Source of the DNA: a virus
Lineage: Duplodnaviria > Heunggongvirae > Uroviricota > Caudoviricetes
Virus record (IMG/VR): IMGVR_UViG_2687453297_000004
DNA length: 38,250 bases
Direction: 5' to 3' (one strand)
Shown here piece after piece: positions 1-8,650 of the stretch; position 1 is the stretch's first letter; each line of letters opens with the position of its first letter. The position numbers and the translations under genes are program-made. Below the pieces are notes generated by a model. It did not search any database and had not been told where the DNA came from. It saw only the letters and a program-made list of their open reading frames with translations.

Positions 1-390
1 TTACTCTTTTTTCTCCGTATCTACATCGGGTTCATCAGCAAATAGCTTGCCCTGCATCCGATCCAGTTCTTCTTTTCTTACCCGCTTAACCACGCTGTAG
101 ACCCACTGAAGCGAAACACCAAATTTGCGGGCCAGTTCATGGTGGTTACGTCCGTTAAACTCCCTGAAGATTTCCCGGTCGCGCTGACTGACCTTCCATA
201 CCATGCCCATCGGGAAATAAACGTTTTGCCCGCCCCAGACCTGCATCATGCGGTTCGCGACGGCCTGACCAATCTGGTCGGCAATTGCGGGCTCAATATC
301 AATAATCTCGCGAACGGTCTCAGAGGTATGCTGTGCCAGTTCCACCAGGAGTTCCGGCCCTTTACTTCGAAACTGATTCAGGTCGCTCAT
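1..390 (-). CDS. mor: Mor/C-family transcriptional activator (middle operon regulator-like)
   Basis: 129-aa ORF; C-terminal pattern QNVYFPMG...RDREIFREFNGRN..ELARKFGVS..WVYSVVKRVRK matches the conserved HTH region of Mu Mor/C as I recall it; last gene of the leftward early operon, overlapping the upstream GemA-like gene. Confidence 0.75.
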   Translation of the reverse strand: MSDLNQFRSKGPELLVELAQHTSETVREIIDIEPAIADQIGQAVANRMMQVWGGQNVYFPMGMVWKVSQRDREIFREFNGRNHHELARKFGVSLQWVYSVVKRVRKEELDRMQGKLFADEPDVDTEKKE

Positions 391-853
391 GTTTTACTCC
401 CGCAGCTCTGCGCTGCCACTTCTTCAGTTTCTCAATAACACTGCTTGCCTGTTCAGTATTGAGCCAGCGCAGGGCGCTGATGCCCGTTTCCCGCTTGATC
501 CACCGCGCTAATGCATTTTCTGAACGGTCACGAACAATGCCGGCAGCAGCCATTTCAAGCCATAGCGCACGGATTTTCCTGGACTGCGGATGGTTATCCA
601 GCGGTAAACCGGAGCTGGCTTTTCTGGCAGGCTTAACGCGAAAGCCTTTCCTTTTCATGGATTCCAGCACGCAGTTTAGTTGTGTGGTATCCATTCCTTT
701 GGTTGAGGCTTTACCGGTCAGCCCCTGTAACATCTGGCGGTAGCTGTCTTCATCCATACCCAGTTCATTACGGGCAATATGAATGAGCTGGATAAGACGT
801 TGTTTAGTCATCATCGTTGCTCCTTCTGCCTGCATCACCGATATAATCGACAT
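362..853 (-). CDS. GemA-like early regulatory protein
   Basis: 163-aa ORF immediately upstream of mor in the early operon, the position GemA occupies in Mu; family assignment from remembered similarity only. Confidence 0.5.
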   Translation of the reverse strand: MSIISVMQAEGATMMTKQRLIQLIHIARNELGMDEDSYRQMLQGLTGKASTKGMDTTQLNCVLESMKRKGFRVKPARKASSGLPLDNHPQSRKIRALWLEMAAAGIVRDRSENALARWIKRETGISALRWLNTEQASSVIEKLKKWQRRAAGVKHERPESVSK

Positions 854-1019
854 ATAAAGGAAGTGCCACAGGCCAGCACAGGAACATCACCGACCAGCTA
901 ATCCAGTAACCGGCACCACTGTAACGTGAATAAAACCCTGAACGGCGGTGCAGTTCAGCAGTACACCAACCGACAAAACAATACCAGAACAGGGCACATA
1001 CAACAGATTCAGCCGTCAT
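804..1019 (-). CDS. Small hydrophobic (membrane) protein, unknown function
   Basis: About 72 aa from the internal ATG at 1017-1019; hydrophobic and aromatic-rich (CALFWYCFVGWC, WISWSVMFLCWPVALPLY); the longer 123-aa version would overlap the upstream ORF extensively. Confidence 0.35.
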   Translation of the reverse strand: MTAESVVCALFWYCFVGWCTAELHRRSGFYSRYSGAGYWISWSVMFLCWPVALPLYVDYIGDAGRRSNDDD

Positions 1020-1239
1020 TCTGAATATCCCCCCAACTGATATGAATATTACGGGCAGCAATGACAGGGTCTTTATTCCACCATGCACCTGACATGTATT
1101 TTTCAACCTGTTCGCGTCCGGCAATAACACCAATTGTGATCCCCGGCCTGACGTTCTTAAAAAAGGCGCGGGCAAAAAGGTATCTGGCAGATATTCGGCA
1201 GGCTTTTAATTTCCGGCTGTTACCTGATAACGTAATCAT
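1009..1239 (-). CDS. Hypothetical early protein
   Basis: 76-aa ORF whose start overlaps the stop of the upstream gene (1236..1919) in a compact operon arrangement. Confidence 0.35.
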   Translation of the reverse strand: MITLSGNSRKLKACRISARYLFARAFFKNVRPGITIGVIAGREQVEKYMSGAWWNKDPVIAARNIHISWGDIQNDG

Positions 1240-1919
1240 CTGGCCTCCAGTTTCTGCTGTTCCCGCCCACTGACCGGTCGGTGCAGTCTGACGTTCTGCC
1301 CTTCTCGAAACCCCGCATAGCGCGAGGCGTCGCCATTGCGACTTCTTCCCGGTTTACGCGCCCTGGTGGTTTGCGTCTGCGGGTATTTATGTTCCAGCCA
1401 CTGCTGCATCAGTTCACGTTCGTCATCGGTCAAGGCGAAGGACTGTATTTCACTGATAACGGCCAGCACCCAGCCTTCAGCAAACTGGTCTCCACGGCTG
1501 GTGCGGGTGGCGGTTTTTATTCTTTTGTTCTGTGCACTGATATACTGCTGACGCGCCTTTTTCAGCTGACGGGCCAGCACTTCCCAGGTGTACGCGGCCA
1601 GTGCGGCCCGTTCCCGGTTGCCGTAGAACCCCACACCCGGATATGTGCCGGGGTGAATGATGGAGTTAACACCAAATGCCTCGCGGATGATGTTCATCAG
1701 GCCCAGCATGTAGCGCGGCGGACGGAGGCTGCCTGTCGGCCAGTAGTGACTGATGGTTTCATCAATATCACTCATGGCGATGTCGGAATGTGTGATGCCG
1801 TGAACATCCATCAGTTTACGGGCGCGGCGCAGTGCCAGAGCGGCCTCGTGAGGGTTGCCGGATGCGGCCAGCGCCAGCAACTTTTTCAGTTTCTCAATGT
1901 GTTTATCCTGGTCTGTCAT
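1236..1919 (-). CDS. Early protein with DUF2786-like N-terminal motif
   Basis: 227 aa; N-terminus IEKLKKLLALAASGNPHEAALALRRARKLMDVHGIT resembles the DUF2786 signature found in Mu-like early regions; start overlaps the upstream stop. Confidence 0.5.
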   Translation of the reverse strand: MTDQDKHIEKLKKLLALAASGNPHEAALALRRARKLMDVHGITHSDIAMSDIDETISHYWPTGSLRPPRYMLGLMNIIREAFGVNSIIHPGTYPGVGFYGNRERAALAAYTWEVLARQLKKARQQYISAQNKRIKTATRTSRGDQFAEGWVLAVISEIQSFALTDDERELMQQWLEHKYPQTQTTRARKPGRSRNGDASRYAGFREGQNVRLHRPVSGREQQKLEAR

Positions 1920-2221
1920 TGTTCAGTATCTCCGGTGTACATGACGCCCAGCCGTGCGGCAAGGCGTTCCAGTTTTTTCTGTTTGTGGAAGTCAATCAGC
2001 CGGTCCATCCCCTGAAGGCGCAGCTGCTCTGTCATGATTTCCACGTCTGCCAGCTCTGCCGCGAGGTCACTTTCGCTGCCCTGTCCGTTCAGGTTGCGGG
2101 CGGCACTGGCCGCCAGTTCAGCGGCCTCTTCTGTCAGTTTCAGGGCCTGTGCATCCGGACCGAAACGCTGCAGGGCCAGACGGTAGAGGGCGGTGCGGGT
2201 GAGTTCGGTGTTCCGTGTCAT
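1916..2221 (-). CDS. Hypothetical early protein
   Basis: 101-aa ORF, co-oriented and tightly packed within the early operon. Confidence 0.4.
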   Translation of the reverse strand: MTRNTELTRTALYRLALQRFGPDAQALKLTEEAAELAASAARNLNGQGSESDLAAELADVEIMTEQLRLQGMDRLIDFHKQKKLERLAARLGVMYTGDTEQ

Positions 2222-2230
2222 GCCGCGCCC

Positions 2231-2503
2231 TCAGTGTTTCCGGTCGACGGTGATGTTCAGGCCGCCTTCTGCAGTGGTTTCCACCCGGTACGGCACCTCG
2301 TGCTCTGCCGTGTGGGTGAGTGTGTTCATCAGTACCTGCAGGGCAGCCGCCTTTCCGTTGGTTGCCACAATGGCCTGAGCGGCCATGCTGATTAACGCCG
2401 TCAGGACGTGCTTCACATCGGTGAGGTCGCGGCATTCACACTCGTTGACATAGTGTTCAACAAGGGTTCGGGTGCGCTGTCGTGCTTCCTGTGGGGTAAT
2501 CAT
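2231..2503 (-). CDS. Hypothetical early protein
   Basis: 90-aa ORF; start overlaps the stop of the upstream zinc-ribbon ORF. Confidence 0.4.
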   Translation of the reverse strand: MITPQEARQRTRTLVEHYVNECECRDLTDVKHVLTALISMAAQAIVATNGKAAALQVLMNTLTHTAEHEVPYRVETTAEGGLNITVDRKH

Positions 2504-2694
2504 TGCGCGTCCTCCCTGTCAGGGCGGGAGAATTCCATGACGGGCACGTCCGCCGAAAAATGCTGGCTGCAGTACGGACAGACCAGGGTGACGCGTACCG
2601 CAGGGATGTGGTATTTACCGGACATCACGGCGATGGCGCTGTGAAAACGCAGGGCTGTTATATCCCTCTCGCACTGAATACATTTAAATATCAT
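2500..2694 (-). CDS. Small zinc-ribbon protein
   Basis: 64 aa with two CxxC pairs (CIQCERD ... CPYCSQHF); strong SD (AGAGGAGAA) upstream of the ATG on the minus strand. Confidence 0.45.
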   Translation of the reverse strand: MIFKCIQCERDITALRFHSAIAVMSGKYHIPAVRVTLVCPYCSQHFSADVPVMEFSRPDREDAQ

Positions 2695-2791
2695 AATTTA
2701 ATTCTCCTCTGTTTCCGGCGTGCAGAAGCCCACGGCGCTGACGCCGGAATAAAAAAGAAAATGTTTTTATTAAATAATTAACGTGGTGTGT

Positions 2792-3322
2792 TTACTGCAC
2801 ATCCTGCTCAAAAGGAATTATTGAAAAATCCTCAATGTCGCTTTTAATGGAAATACCGGGAATATTTTTCACGGCCTCTTTTTCATTCAGGATAGCGTCT
2901 TTATTTATTTCCTCTTTTACACGAATAAAGCGCTCAAGCCCCAGACGTCTCAGTAATTCAATAACATTATCCGCCCCACGGATACTGACTGATGGCGGAC
3001 GGTTTCGCCACTGCACCTCGCCGGTGGTGAGGTTAGCGAACTTCACCTTCCCGTTGCCGGTCAGTTCATCACGGTGCGCCTCACACCATGTCTGGATACC
3101 GGACTGCAGTTCGGCCATGCGTTTTTTCAGGCTCTCGGTGAGCGGGGCATAACGTGCAGTGATGTCGCCAATGGTGTCATTCATTTCTGTTTCAGCCCTG
3201 ACCAGTTCACGTTGCGCGTCACCAAGCAGTCTGATTCCCTCAATGACCTCTTCGCGTGTCCCCGGCACCCAGAGTGCTGCTGCGGCTTTGATACGTTTTG
3301 CCCCTTTTGTACTTTTTGCCAT
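2792..3322 (-). CDS. gam: Gam-like host-nuclease inhibitor / DNA-end binding protein
   Basis: 176 aa, similar in size and early-region position to Mu Gam; strong SD (AGGAGGAG) before the ATG. Confidence 0.65.
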   Translation of the reverse strand: MAKSTKGAKRIKAAAALWVPGTREEVIEGIRLLGDAQRELVRAETEMNDTIGDITARYAPLTESLKKRMAELQSGIQTWCEAHRDELTGNGKVKFANLTTGEVQWRNRPPSVSIRGADNVIELLRRLGLERFIRVKEEINKDAILNEKEAVKNIPGISIKSDIEDFSIIPFEQDVQ

Positions 3323-3349
3323 ATTTTATGACTCCTCCTGTTGTGCTGA

Positions 3350-3619
3350 TTACCACAAAGATTCCGGCCACACGACGCGACAGCCGTGCAGTTCGAAAAC
3401 GCCCTGACGGAAATGTCCCCTGTGGTCATGACCGGTATACAGATAACAGGCCTTTCCCTGCTCAAGCATGCGCATGCAATGCGCACTCCGGGAAACGCGG
3501 ATGACAGGTTTGTTACCCCTGATGGTGATGCTTTGTACATCCGTGTTCGTCGCCTTAAGCGCCATAATGGCTGACTGCACTTTGCTGATTTGCTGGTTGA
3601 TACCTGTGGTGGATTTCAT
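3350..3619 (-). CDS. Hypothetical early protein
   Basis: 89-aa ORF directly downstream of the MuB-like gene with a plausible SD. Confidence 0.4.
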   Translation of the reverse strand: MKSTTGINQQISKVQSAIMALKATNTDVQSITIRGNKPVIRVSRSAHCMRMLEQGKACYLYTGHDHRGHFRQGVFELHGCRVVWPESLW

Positions 3620-3621
3620 TA

Positions 3622-4827
3622 TTAAACCCCTTTGACAACGTCAGCGTTGACCTGTGGAACCCCGATTTCAGCGGCCAGATTCATGGCGGCTATTACCAGG
3701 TTACTGACGGCCAGCGGATACAGCAGGCTGACCATATTTTTACGATGACTTCCCGGATTGCTCAGGCGGGCACGTATGGCATCCACTGCGCTGGCGTCCA
3801 TAATGTCCGTCAGTTGTTTACCGGCCCGTTGCAGTTTGAACGTCAGAAACTCTTCAAGGTTATTGTCCAGAGGCAGAAGTTCGACCACCTCACAGCGCTG
3901 AACGACTTCACGGACTTCCATATTGCGTTCAGACAGTTTTGTCGCCAGTTCCGGCTGGCCAATCAGCACGATGGACAGCAGTTTTTTGAAACCGGACTCC
4001 AGCTCAAAAAAGCGTTTGAGGTGTTTCAGTGTCGGAATGGGCAGACTGTGGGCCTCCTCAATCACCAGAACGTGGCTGAACCCCGCCTGGCTGCTGTCTT
4101 TCAGGACGCGATGCAACTGGCGAAAGCGGGCGTCCTGACTGCGTCTGATGCTTTCCAGTGGTGCGATGGTACTGATAATGGCTTCGGCAATCGCTGCTGC
4201 CTTCAGGGTTTTCCCTTTCACATCGTTGTCTTCCATAGCGATGATGTATGGCTCGATAACAATTACCGGCGCATTCTCGCGGTTGATACGTTCAGTCAGG
4301 TCGCGGCGCAGCGTGGATTTACCCGCACCGGACTCACCGATGACGGCCATAAATCCACCATGACGGGCTGTCTGGTACAGCGCCTCACGCACATAGCGGA
4401 TGTCCGGGGTGGTGAACACATCATCAGAACCCTGCATGGCTTCGTCGGCGAACGGGTCACGGAAAAGACCAAACGCTTTTTTGGTTGCTGGAAATAACAC
4501 CTGTTTTTTGAGTAACATATTCTCTTCCTCACTGAGGCTCGTTTTATCTGTGGTACCCGCTGTACGGGGCGTGGCCGCGACCTGTACAGCATCAAAACTC
4601 TTCGTTGTATCAATCCCCTGACTTTCCAGCCAGGACGCAAGACGCCGGCGCACTTCTCCGGGGCGGGTGCGGGGCCACGCGTTATGATTCACAATCTGGG
4701 CCAGCGTGGCCTCAGAAACATCGACAGCTCTCGCCACCACCGCCTGTGAGATACGGGCCTCTTTCAGTTGCTGCTTCAGTACCAGCATGTTTTCCTCCTC
4801 AGTTGCCGTTAACAATGCTGATAACAC
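3622..4827 (-). CDS. MuB-like AAA+ transposition ATPase (target DNA activator)
   Basis: 401 aa; Walker A GESGAGKST; N-terminal HTH-like segment; lies immediately downstream of and overlapping the transposase gene, as B follows A in Mu. Confidence 0.75.
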   Translation of the reverse strand: MLSALLTATEEENMLVLKQQLKEARISQAVVARAVDVSEATLAQIVNHNAWPRTRPGEVRRRLASWLESQGIDTTKSFDAVQVAATPRTAGTTDKTSLSEEENMLLKKQVLFPATKKAFGLFRDPFADEAMQGSDDVFTTPDIRYVREALYQTARHGGFMAVIGESGAGKSTLRRDLTERINRENAPVIVIEPYIIAMEDNDVKGKTLKAAAIAEAIISTIAPLESIRRSQDARFRQLHRVLKDSSQAGFSHVLVIEEAHSLPIPTLKHLKRFFELESGFKKLLSIVLIGQPELATKLSERNMEVREVVQRCEVVELLPLDNNLEEFLTFKLQRAGKQLTDIMDASAVDAIRARLSNPGSHRKNMVSLLYPLAVSNLVIAAMNLAAEIGVPQVNADVVKGV

Positions 4828-6568
4828 TGCTGCGGGCCGGCGTGGTCAGCGTGGCCATGACTTCATCCAGTGCGGCTTCCGGTACGCCGTCCGGGTACTG
4901 TGCCGTTAACTGGCGGTAATGTTCCGGCGTCCAGGTAAGGCCGTCGGCGCTGAACTTATCGCGCAGGGCTTTCGCGGCCTCCACATGAGTCATGGGACGT
5001 TGTTCAGTGCGCGGCCCGCGTACGTCAGAGGCCTGACCGCGCTTCGGCATATAGGCCGGAAGTGTGGCGTCATCAATATGTTTATACGGGTCAAGCCGCC
5101 CGCCGAACGGCAGCGCCTTCGCCTTGCGTGCGGCAGCTGCATCTGTGGCGTTGTCTGTACCGGTGACCAGTGCTTCAGTTTCTTTTGCCGCCGTCTGCGC
5201 CGGTGTTTCCGGCAGGGCTTTGTAACTTTCGCCAAATACCGCCGCGCCTTCAGCAAAGCCAAACTCGTTCTTTCTGACCTCTTCGACCAGGAAGAACGTC
5301 TCGTGGCCGTCCTCACCGGTCAGAACCACCTGTGCCACATCGCTGCGCCACGGGTTACGGGTAATCATCAGTTTTTCACCGACCAGTACGCCCGGTACCG
5401 TTGATACGTCAAATTCAGTGCCCCGGAACGAGACACGAAGTTTTGGCGTGACTTTGCGGAGTTCTGGCGCCGCCACAGCCAGTTCACGACATACCTCAAC
5501 GGAAGGCGCTTTTTTCAGCTGCTCAGCAGTAATCTTCAGCCAGATATCCGTGCGGGTTTTACCGTGGCGGCTGTGAACAGCCGTGGCGTTAAAGTGGCTG
5601 CGCCATTTCGCGGCCAGCGCGTTGAGTTCTTCCAGACTGTGAACCGGCCGGAACTTCAGACCCGGCTCCAGCTTGCGTTCGATAATGTCTCGCGCCTTTT
5701 CCACCTGTCCGGTGGCGCGGGCGTTATGCGGCTTGTGCGCTATCAGGTCAATGCCCAGTGAGCGGCACATGTTTTTCGTCATACCCGCGGTGTTTGCCGA
5801 GCCGGGGTCGAGATAGAGTATTTTTGGCACGCCGTGCAGCACGTCTGCGCCGCCACGCTCCTGCATGGCGTTGATAAGCACAGAACACAGGTTCTCACCG
5901 GATTCCGCACCCGTCACATACTCAACGTAAATCCAGCCGCTGGCATGGTCGGTAATCTCATAACTCCACACGCGGTCACTGGCGATACGGGCAAGGTTAG
6001 CGGGCTTGTTCTTGTAGAATTTCGCGCTGTCCATCACCTGCAGCCCTTTGTGTCCATTGCTCAAGTAGTAAAGCGTGCAGAGCGAGGCATCAATCTGCCA
6101 GACATGATTGGGATGCAGACTGGCCACTTCGGTATGCGGCGCAGGGGCATCCAGTTGTTCCGGGTGCAGGCCATAGTTACGCAGGGCACGGCTGATGGCA
6201 TCTTCGGACAACGGGAAAAACTCACCGGTGGTTTCATCTGTTCTGCCTGCGGAGATAAAGCCGTTAGCCCGCAGGGTTTCCACTGCATCCGCGATGGAAT
6301 AGAGACGCTTACCGTTCTTGCGGGTGGCCTCACGCAGTGTGGCAGATATCAGCGCGGCTTCGTCGCGGGTCAGGGCGCTGCGCCCGGCATCGGCGCGTTT
6401 TTTGCGTTTATCAGTCACAGAGACCTCCTTCAGCCTGCGCAGCAGAGTGGCGCGGGACATGCCAAGTTCAGCACAGGCAGCGTCGTATATTGCACCGCGT
6501 TTACCATGCCCCGCGTCACGTGCCGCGCGGGCGACATAAACCAGTCGTTCAGTCAGGGCAGCATTCAT
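4799..6568 (-). CDS. DDE transposase (Mu/rve integrase-core type)
   Basis: 589 aa; N-terminal HTH region; candidate DDE residues in HVWQIDAS, LYLDPGS and GQVEKA; position between the Ner-like and MuB-like genes. Confidence 0.85.
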   Translation of the reverse strand: MNAALTERLVYVARAARDAGHGKRGAIYDAACAELGMSRATLLRRLKEVSVTDKRKKRADAGRSALTRDEAALISATLREATRKNGKRLYSIADAVETLRANGFISAGRTDETTGEFFPLSEDAISRALRNYGLHPEQLDAPAPHTEVASLHPNHVWQIDASLCTLYYLSNGHKGLQVMDSAKFYKNKPANLARIASDRVWSYEITDHASGWIYVEYVTGAESGENLCSVLINAMQERGGADVLHGVPKILYLDPGSANTAGMTKNMCRSLGIDLIAHKPHNARATGQVEKARDIIERKLEPGLKFRPVHSLEELNALAAKWRSHFNATAVHSRHGKTRTDIWLKITAEQLKKAPSVEVCRELAVAAPELRKVTPKLRVSFRGTEFDVSTVPGVLVGEKLMITRNPWRSDVAQVVLTGEDGHETFFLVEEVRKNEFGFAEGAAVFGESYKALPETPAQTAAKETEALVTGTDNATDAAAARKAKALPFGGRLDPYKHIDDATLPAYMPKRGQASDVRGPRTEQRPMTHVEAAKALRDKFSADGLTWTPEHYRQLTAQYPDGVPEAALDEVMATLTTPARSSVISIVNGN

Positions 6569-6571
6569 TGG

Positions 6572-7483
6572 TTATGCCTCCAGCCCGTTAATCTGTGGCG
6601 TCGGCTCAGTCAGCCATGAAGGCGCTGCATTGCCTGTTGGCTCGTCCGGCAGGTCAAATGTGGAGCGCAGGCTACGCGCTGTGCTTTCCAGTTGACAGAC
6701 CAGGCCTGCCATGAAGTCTCTGGGGGTATCAATCATGTTTTCAGCACAATATGCGCACAGTGTCTCAAAAGCGCTGGACAGTCGGACGGCGATAGCAGAT
6801 TCCGCCTCAACCGCTAATGCTGTCACTTCCGCCCGCAGCTTCTTAACCTCCTCATCAGGCTCAGGCGGCTGAATACGGGATTTCTTTTCCAGTCTGGTAG
6901 AGAGAGAATCAATTTTTTCATTTTTATCGGCGAGTACGCGCTGTTGTGCTGCGTTGGTTTCGCGCGCTTCGCGCAGGGCCTGGCGAAGTTCGCGTACTGA
7001 CATGCGATCAACGTCGTCAAGCGTCAGGCCGGCAACAGTGCCACCATCAGCCAGTTCGGCAAGGTTTTCATCGTCTTCCGTCATTAACTCGAATAATTTG
7101 GCTTTTCCTAAAAGCGCAAACGTCTGCGCTTTTGACTCAAGTTGTGGTGATAAATATTTTATTGATGCCTGCATCATTACCTGTGCAGTACGCTTTGACA
7201 TTGATAATTCAGACTCGACAATATTTATGAAATCACCATGTGGTTCATTTTCTTTCAGTATTATCAGTCGTTTACCTGCCTCTAGCATGGCCTCAGCACT
7301 TTGTGCCATATAAAAGCGTGCTTCGTGAACAATGCGATCTCGTTCATAAGGCAGACCATCGCCGAACTGCTGCATGATCTCCACGCGGTGTTGTGCCATG
7401 GTATTAAGACTGATGTTGAGATCATCAGACAGCGGCACCTCAGCATTCAGATCAGTGGACATTGGTGATTTGGTACGTCCCAT
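6572..7483 (-). CDS. Hypothetical early protein (acidic, coiled-coil-rich)
   Basis: 303-aa ORF directly upstream of the transposase in the same operon; no motif recognised. Confidence 0.45.
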   Translation of the reverse strand: MGRTKSPMSTDLNAEVPLSDDLNISLNTMAQHRVEIMQQFGDGLPYERDRIVHEARFYMAQSAEAMLEAGKRLIILKENEPHGDFINIVESELSMSKRTAQVMMQASIKYLSPQLESKAQTFALLGKAKLFELMTEDDENLAELADGGTVAGLTLDDVDRMSVRELRQALREARETNAAQQRVLADKNEKIDSLSTRLEKKSRIQPPEPDEEVKKLRAEVTALAVEAESAIAVRLSSAFETLCAYCAENMIDTPRDFMAGLVCQLESTARSLRSTFDLPDEPTGNAAPSWLTEPTPQINGLEA

Positions 7484-7493
7484 TGATTACTCC

Positions 7494-7802
7494 TTATAAA
7501 CGACTACCTGAAATGACACGTTGGTTGATTTCGTTAATACGATCCTGCGCTCGTGCCATCTCGTTACTGTGAGCCATGGCGATCTGCAGTAACTGGATGC
7601 CCGGTGCAAAACGTCCATTCTCCAGTTTCAGGGCCAGCCCTTCTTCAATGAGGGTGTTGAGTGCCCGATTAATGTTTGCTGGTGACTCGTGCAGTGCTGC
7701 CGCCAGTTCACCGTTGGAGATACCGTTCAGAGCGTGGCCACGTAACGCCTTAAGAACACGCAAAATACGGGTACCTGCGCTTGATGTATTTGGTTTATTC
7801 AT
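7494..7802 (-). CDS. Putative winged-helix DNA-binding protein
   Basis: 102 aa; HTH-like segment ISNGELAAALHESPANINRALNTLIEEGLA; second gene of the early operon. Confidence 0.45.
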   Translation of the reverse strand: MNKPNTSSAGTRILRVLKALRGHALNGISNGELAAALHESPANINRALNTLIEEGLALKLENGRFAPGIQLLQIAMAHSNEMARAQDRINEINQRVISGSRL

Positions 7803-8023
7803 GACACCTCCTTAAGGATACCGGGGGTAACTTCTTTACCTATTGCAACCGATAGATCTCGCAAAATCCGATAAGTCAAACGACCACGTGGTAGTTCACT
7901 TTTACCAGCCCAGCGACTGACTGCCTGTGTGACTGTTCGTGGCTCATAGCCTGCGTTAAGCGCGAACTGGCGCAAGCTACTGCCTCGTTCAACTAGTCGT
8001 GCCCGAACTTGTTGTTTATTCAT
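7799..8023 (-). CDS. Ner/Nlp-like HTH early regulator
   Basis: 74 aa; first gene of the leftward early operon, divergent from the repressor; pattern SLRQFALNAGYEPRTVTQAVSRW resembles Ner/Nlp DNA-binding proteins. Confidence 0.5.
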   Translation of the reverse strand: MNKQQVRARLVERGSSLRQFALNAGYEPRTVTQAVSRWAGKSELPRGRLTYRILRDLSVAIGKEVTPGILKEVS

Positions 8024-8096
8024 ATGCGGATAGTTCCAGTTGGGTTATCATGTACTCAATATGAATAAATGTACTTATTCAAAATAAATAAATCAA
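8024..8096. promoter_or_regulatory. Divergent early/repressor promoter-operator region
   Basis: 73-bp AT-rich spacer between divergent ner-like and repressor genes; inverted repeat TGAATAA-N6-TTATTCA (8062..8081) and two direct ATGTACT copies (8050..8056, 8069..8075). Confidence 0.4.
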
Positions 8097-8528
8097 GTGG
8101 AATTACGCAAAATGAATAACAAAGATGTTAACGCTGTGCTTTCCCGGTTAATGTCACTATTCCAAGCAGAGAATGATAGTGAGTTGGCAAGAGCGCTTAA
8201 CGTCAATAGGCAGACACTTGCAAGTTGGAGGAAGCGTGATTCTGTGCCTTATGCAATTTGCATAAACATCGCAGAAGAAAAGGGGGTTTCTTTAGATTGG
8301 TTGCTAACAGGTAGAAAACAAGGTTTATCAAAAGAAGTAGACGTAACTCCGACGCAAGTGCAGTTTAGCCAAGCTGACCTTACTATGCTTGAGCTTTTAA
8401 AGCAGCTAGACCCCGAGGTTCGTAACGATCTTCTGCGAGGCGCTGCGGAAAAACAGCGAGTGATCGAGATGGAAAAACAACTGAAGGAATTATCCGCAAC
8501 GATTGAGCGGTTAAAAAATGTGGGTTAA
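8097..8528 (+). CDS. CI-type phage repressor (HTH)
   Basis: 143 aa (start could be GTG 8097 or ATG 8112, no obvious SD, possibly leaderless); LARALNVNRQTLASWRKRDSVPYAICINIAEEKGVSLDWLLTG matches the phage CI repressor HTH signature; divergent from the early operon. Confidence 0.7.
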   Translation: MELRKMNNKDVNAVLSRLMSLFQAENDSELARALNVNRQTLASWRKRDSVPYAICINIAEEKGVSLDWLLTGRKQGLSKEVDVTPTQVQFSQADLTMLELLKQLDPEVRNDLLRGAAEKQRVIEMEKQLKELSATIERLKNVG

Positions 8529-8650
8529 TCTATTCCCAATGAGAACAATTGACAAGGTTATCAAACCTCTTCGTTATATGCGCTGATTTAAACAGTAGGA
8601 TGTGCTGTTTGCACTAACCATCTGAACTTTCCGCGTTAAGGATTAATCGT

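Noticed and set aside
1281-2015. 244-aa plus-strand ORF and other plus-strand ORFs in 1..8000
   Set aside because: They oppose the tightly coupled minus-strand early operon; no RBS and non-protein-like composition.
2714-2753. Inverted repeat CCGGCGT...ACGCCGG between the Gam-like and zinc-ribbon genes as a terminator
   Set aside because: Short stem with a 19-nt loop and no U-tract on the transcribed (minus) strand; more likely incidental or a minor RNA structure.
5834-6619. 261-aa plus-strand ORF
   Set aside because: Antisense to the transposase gene, which has clear DDE motifs and operon context.
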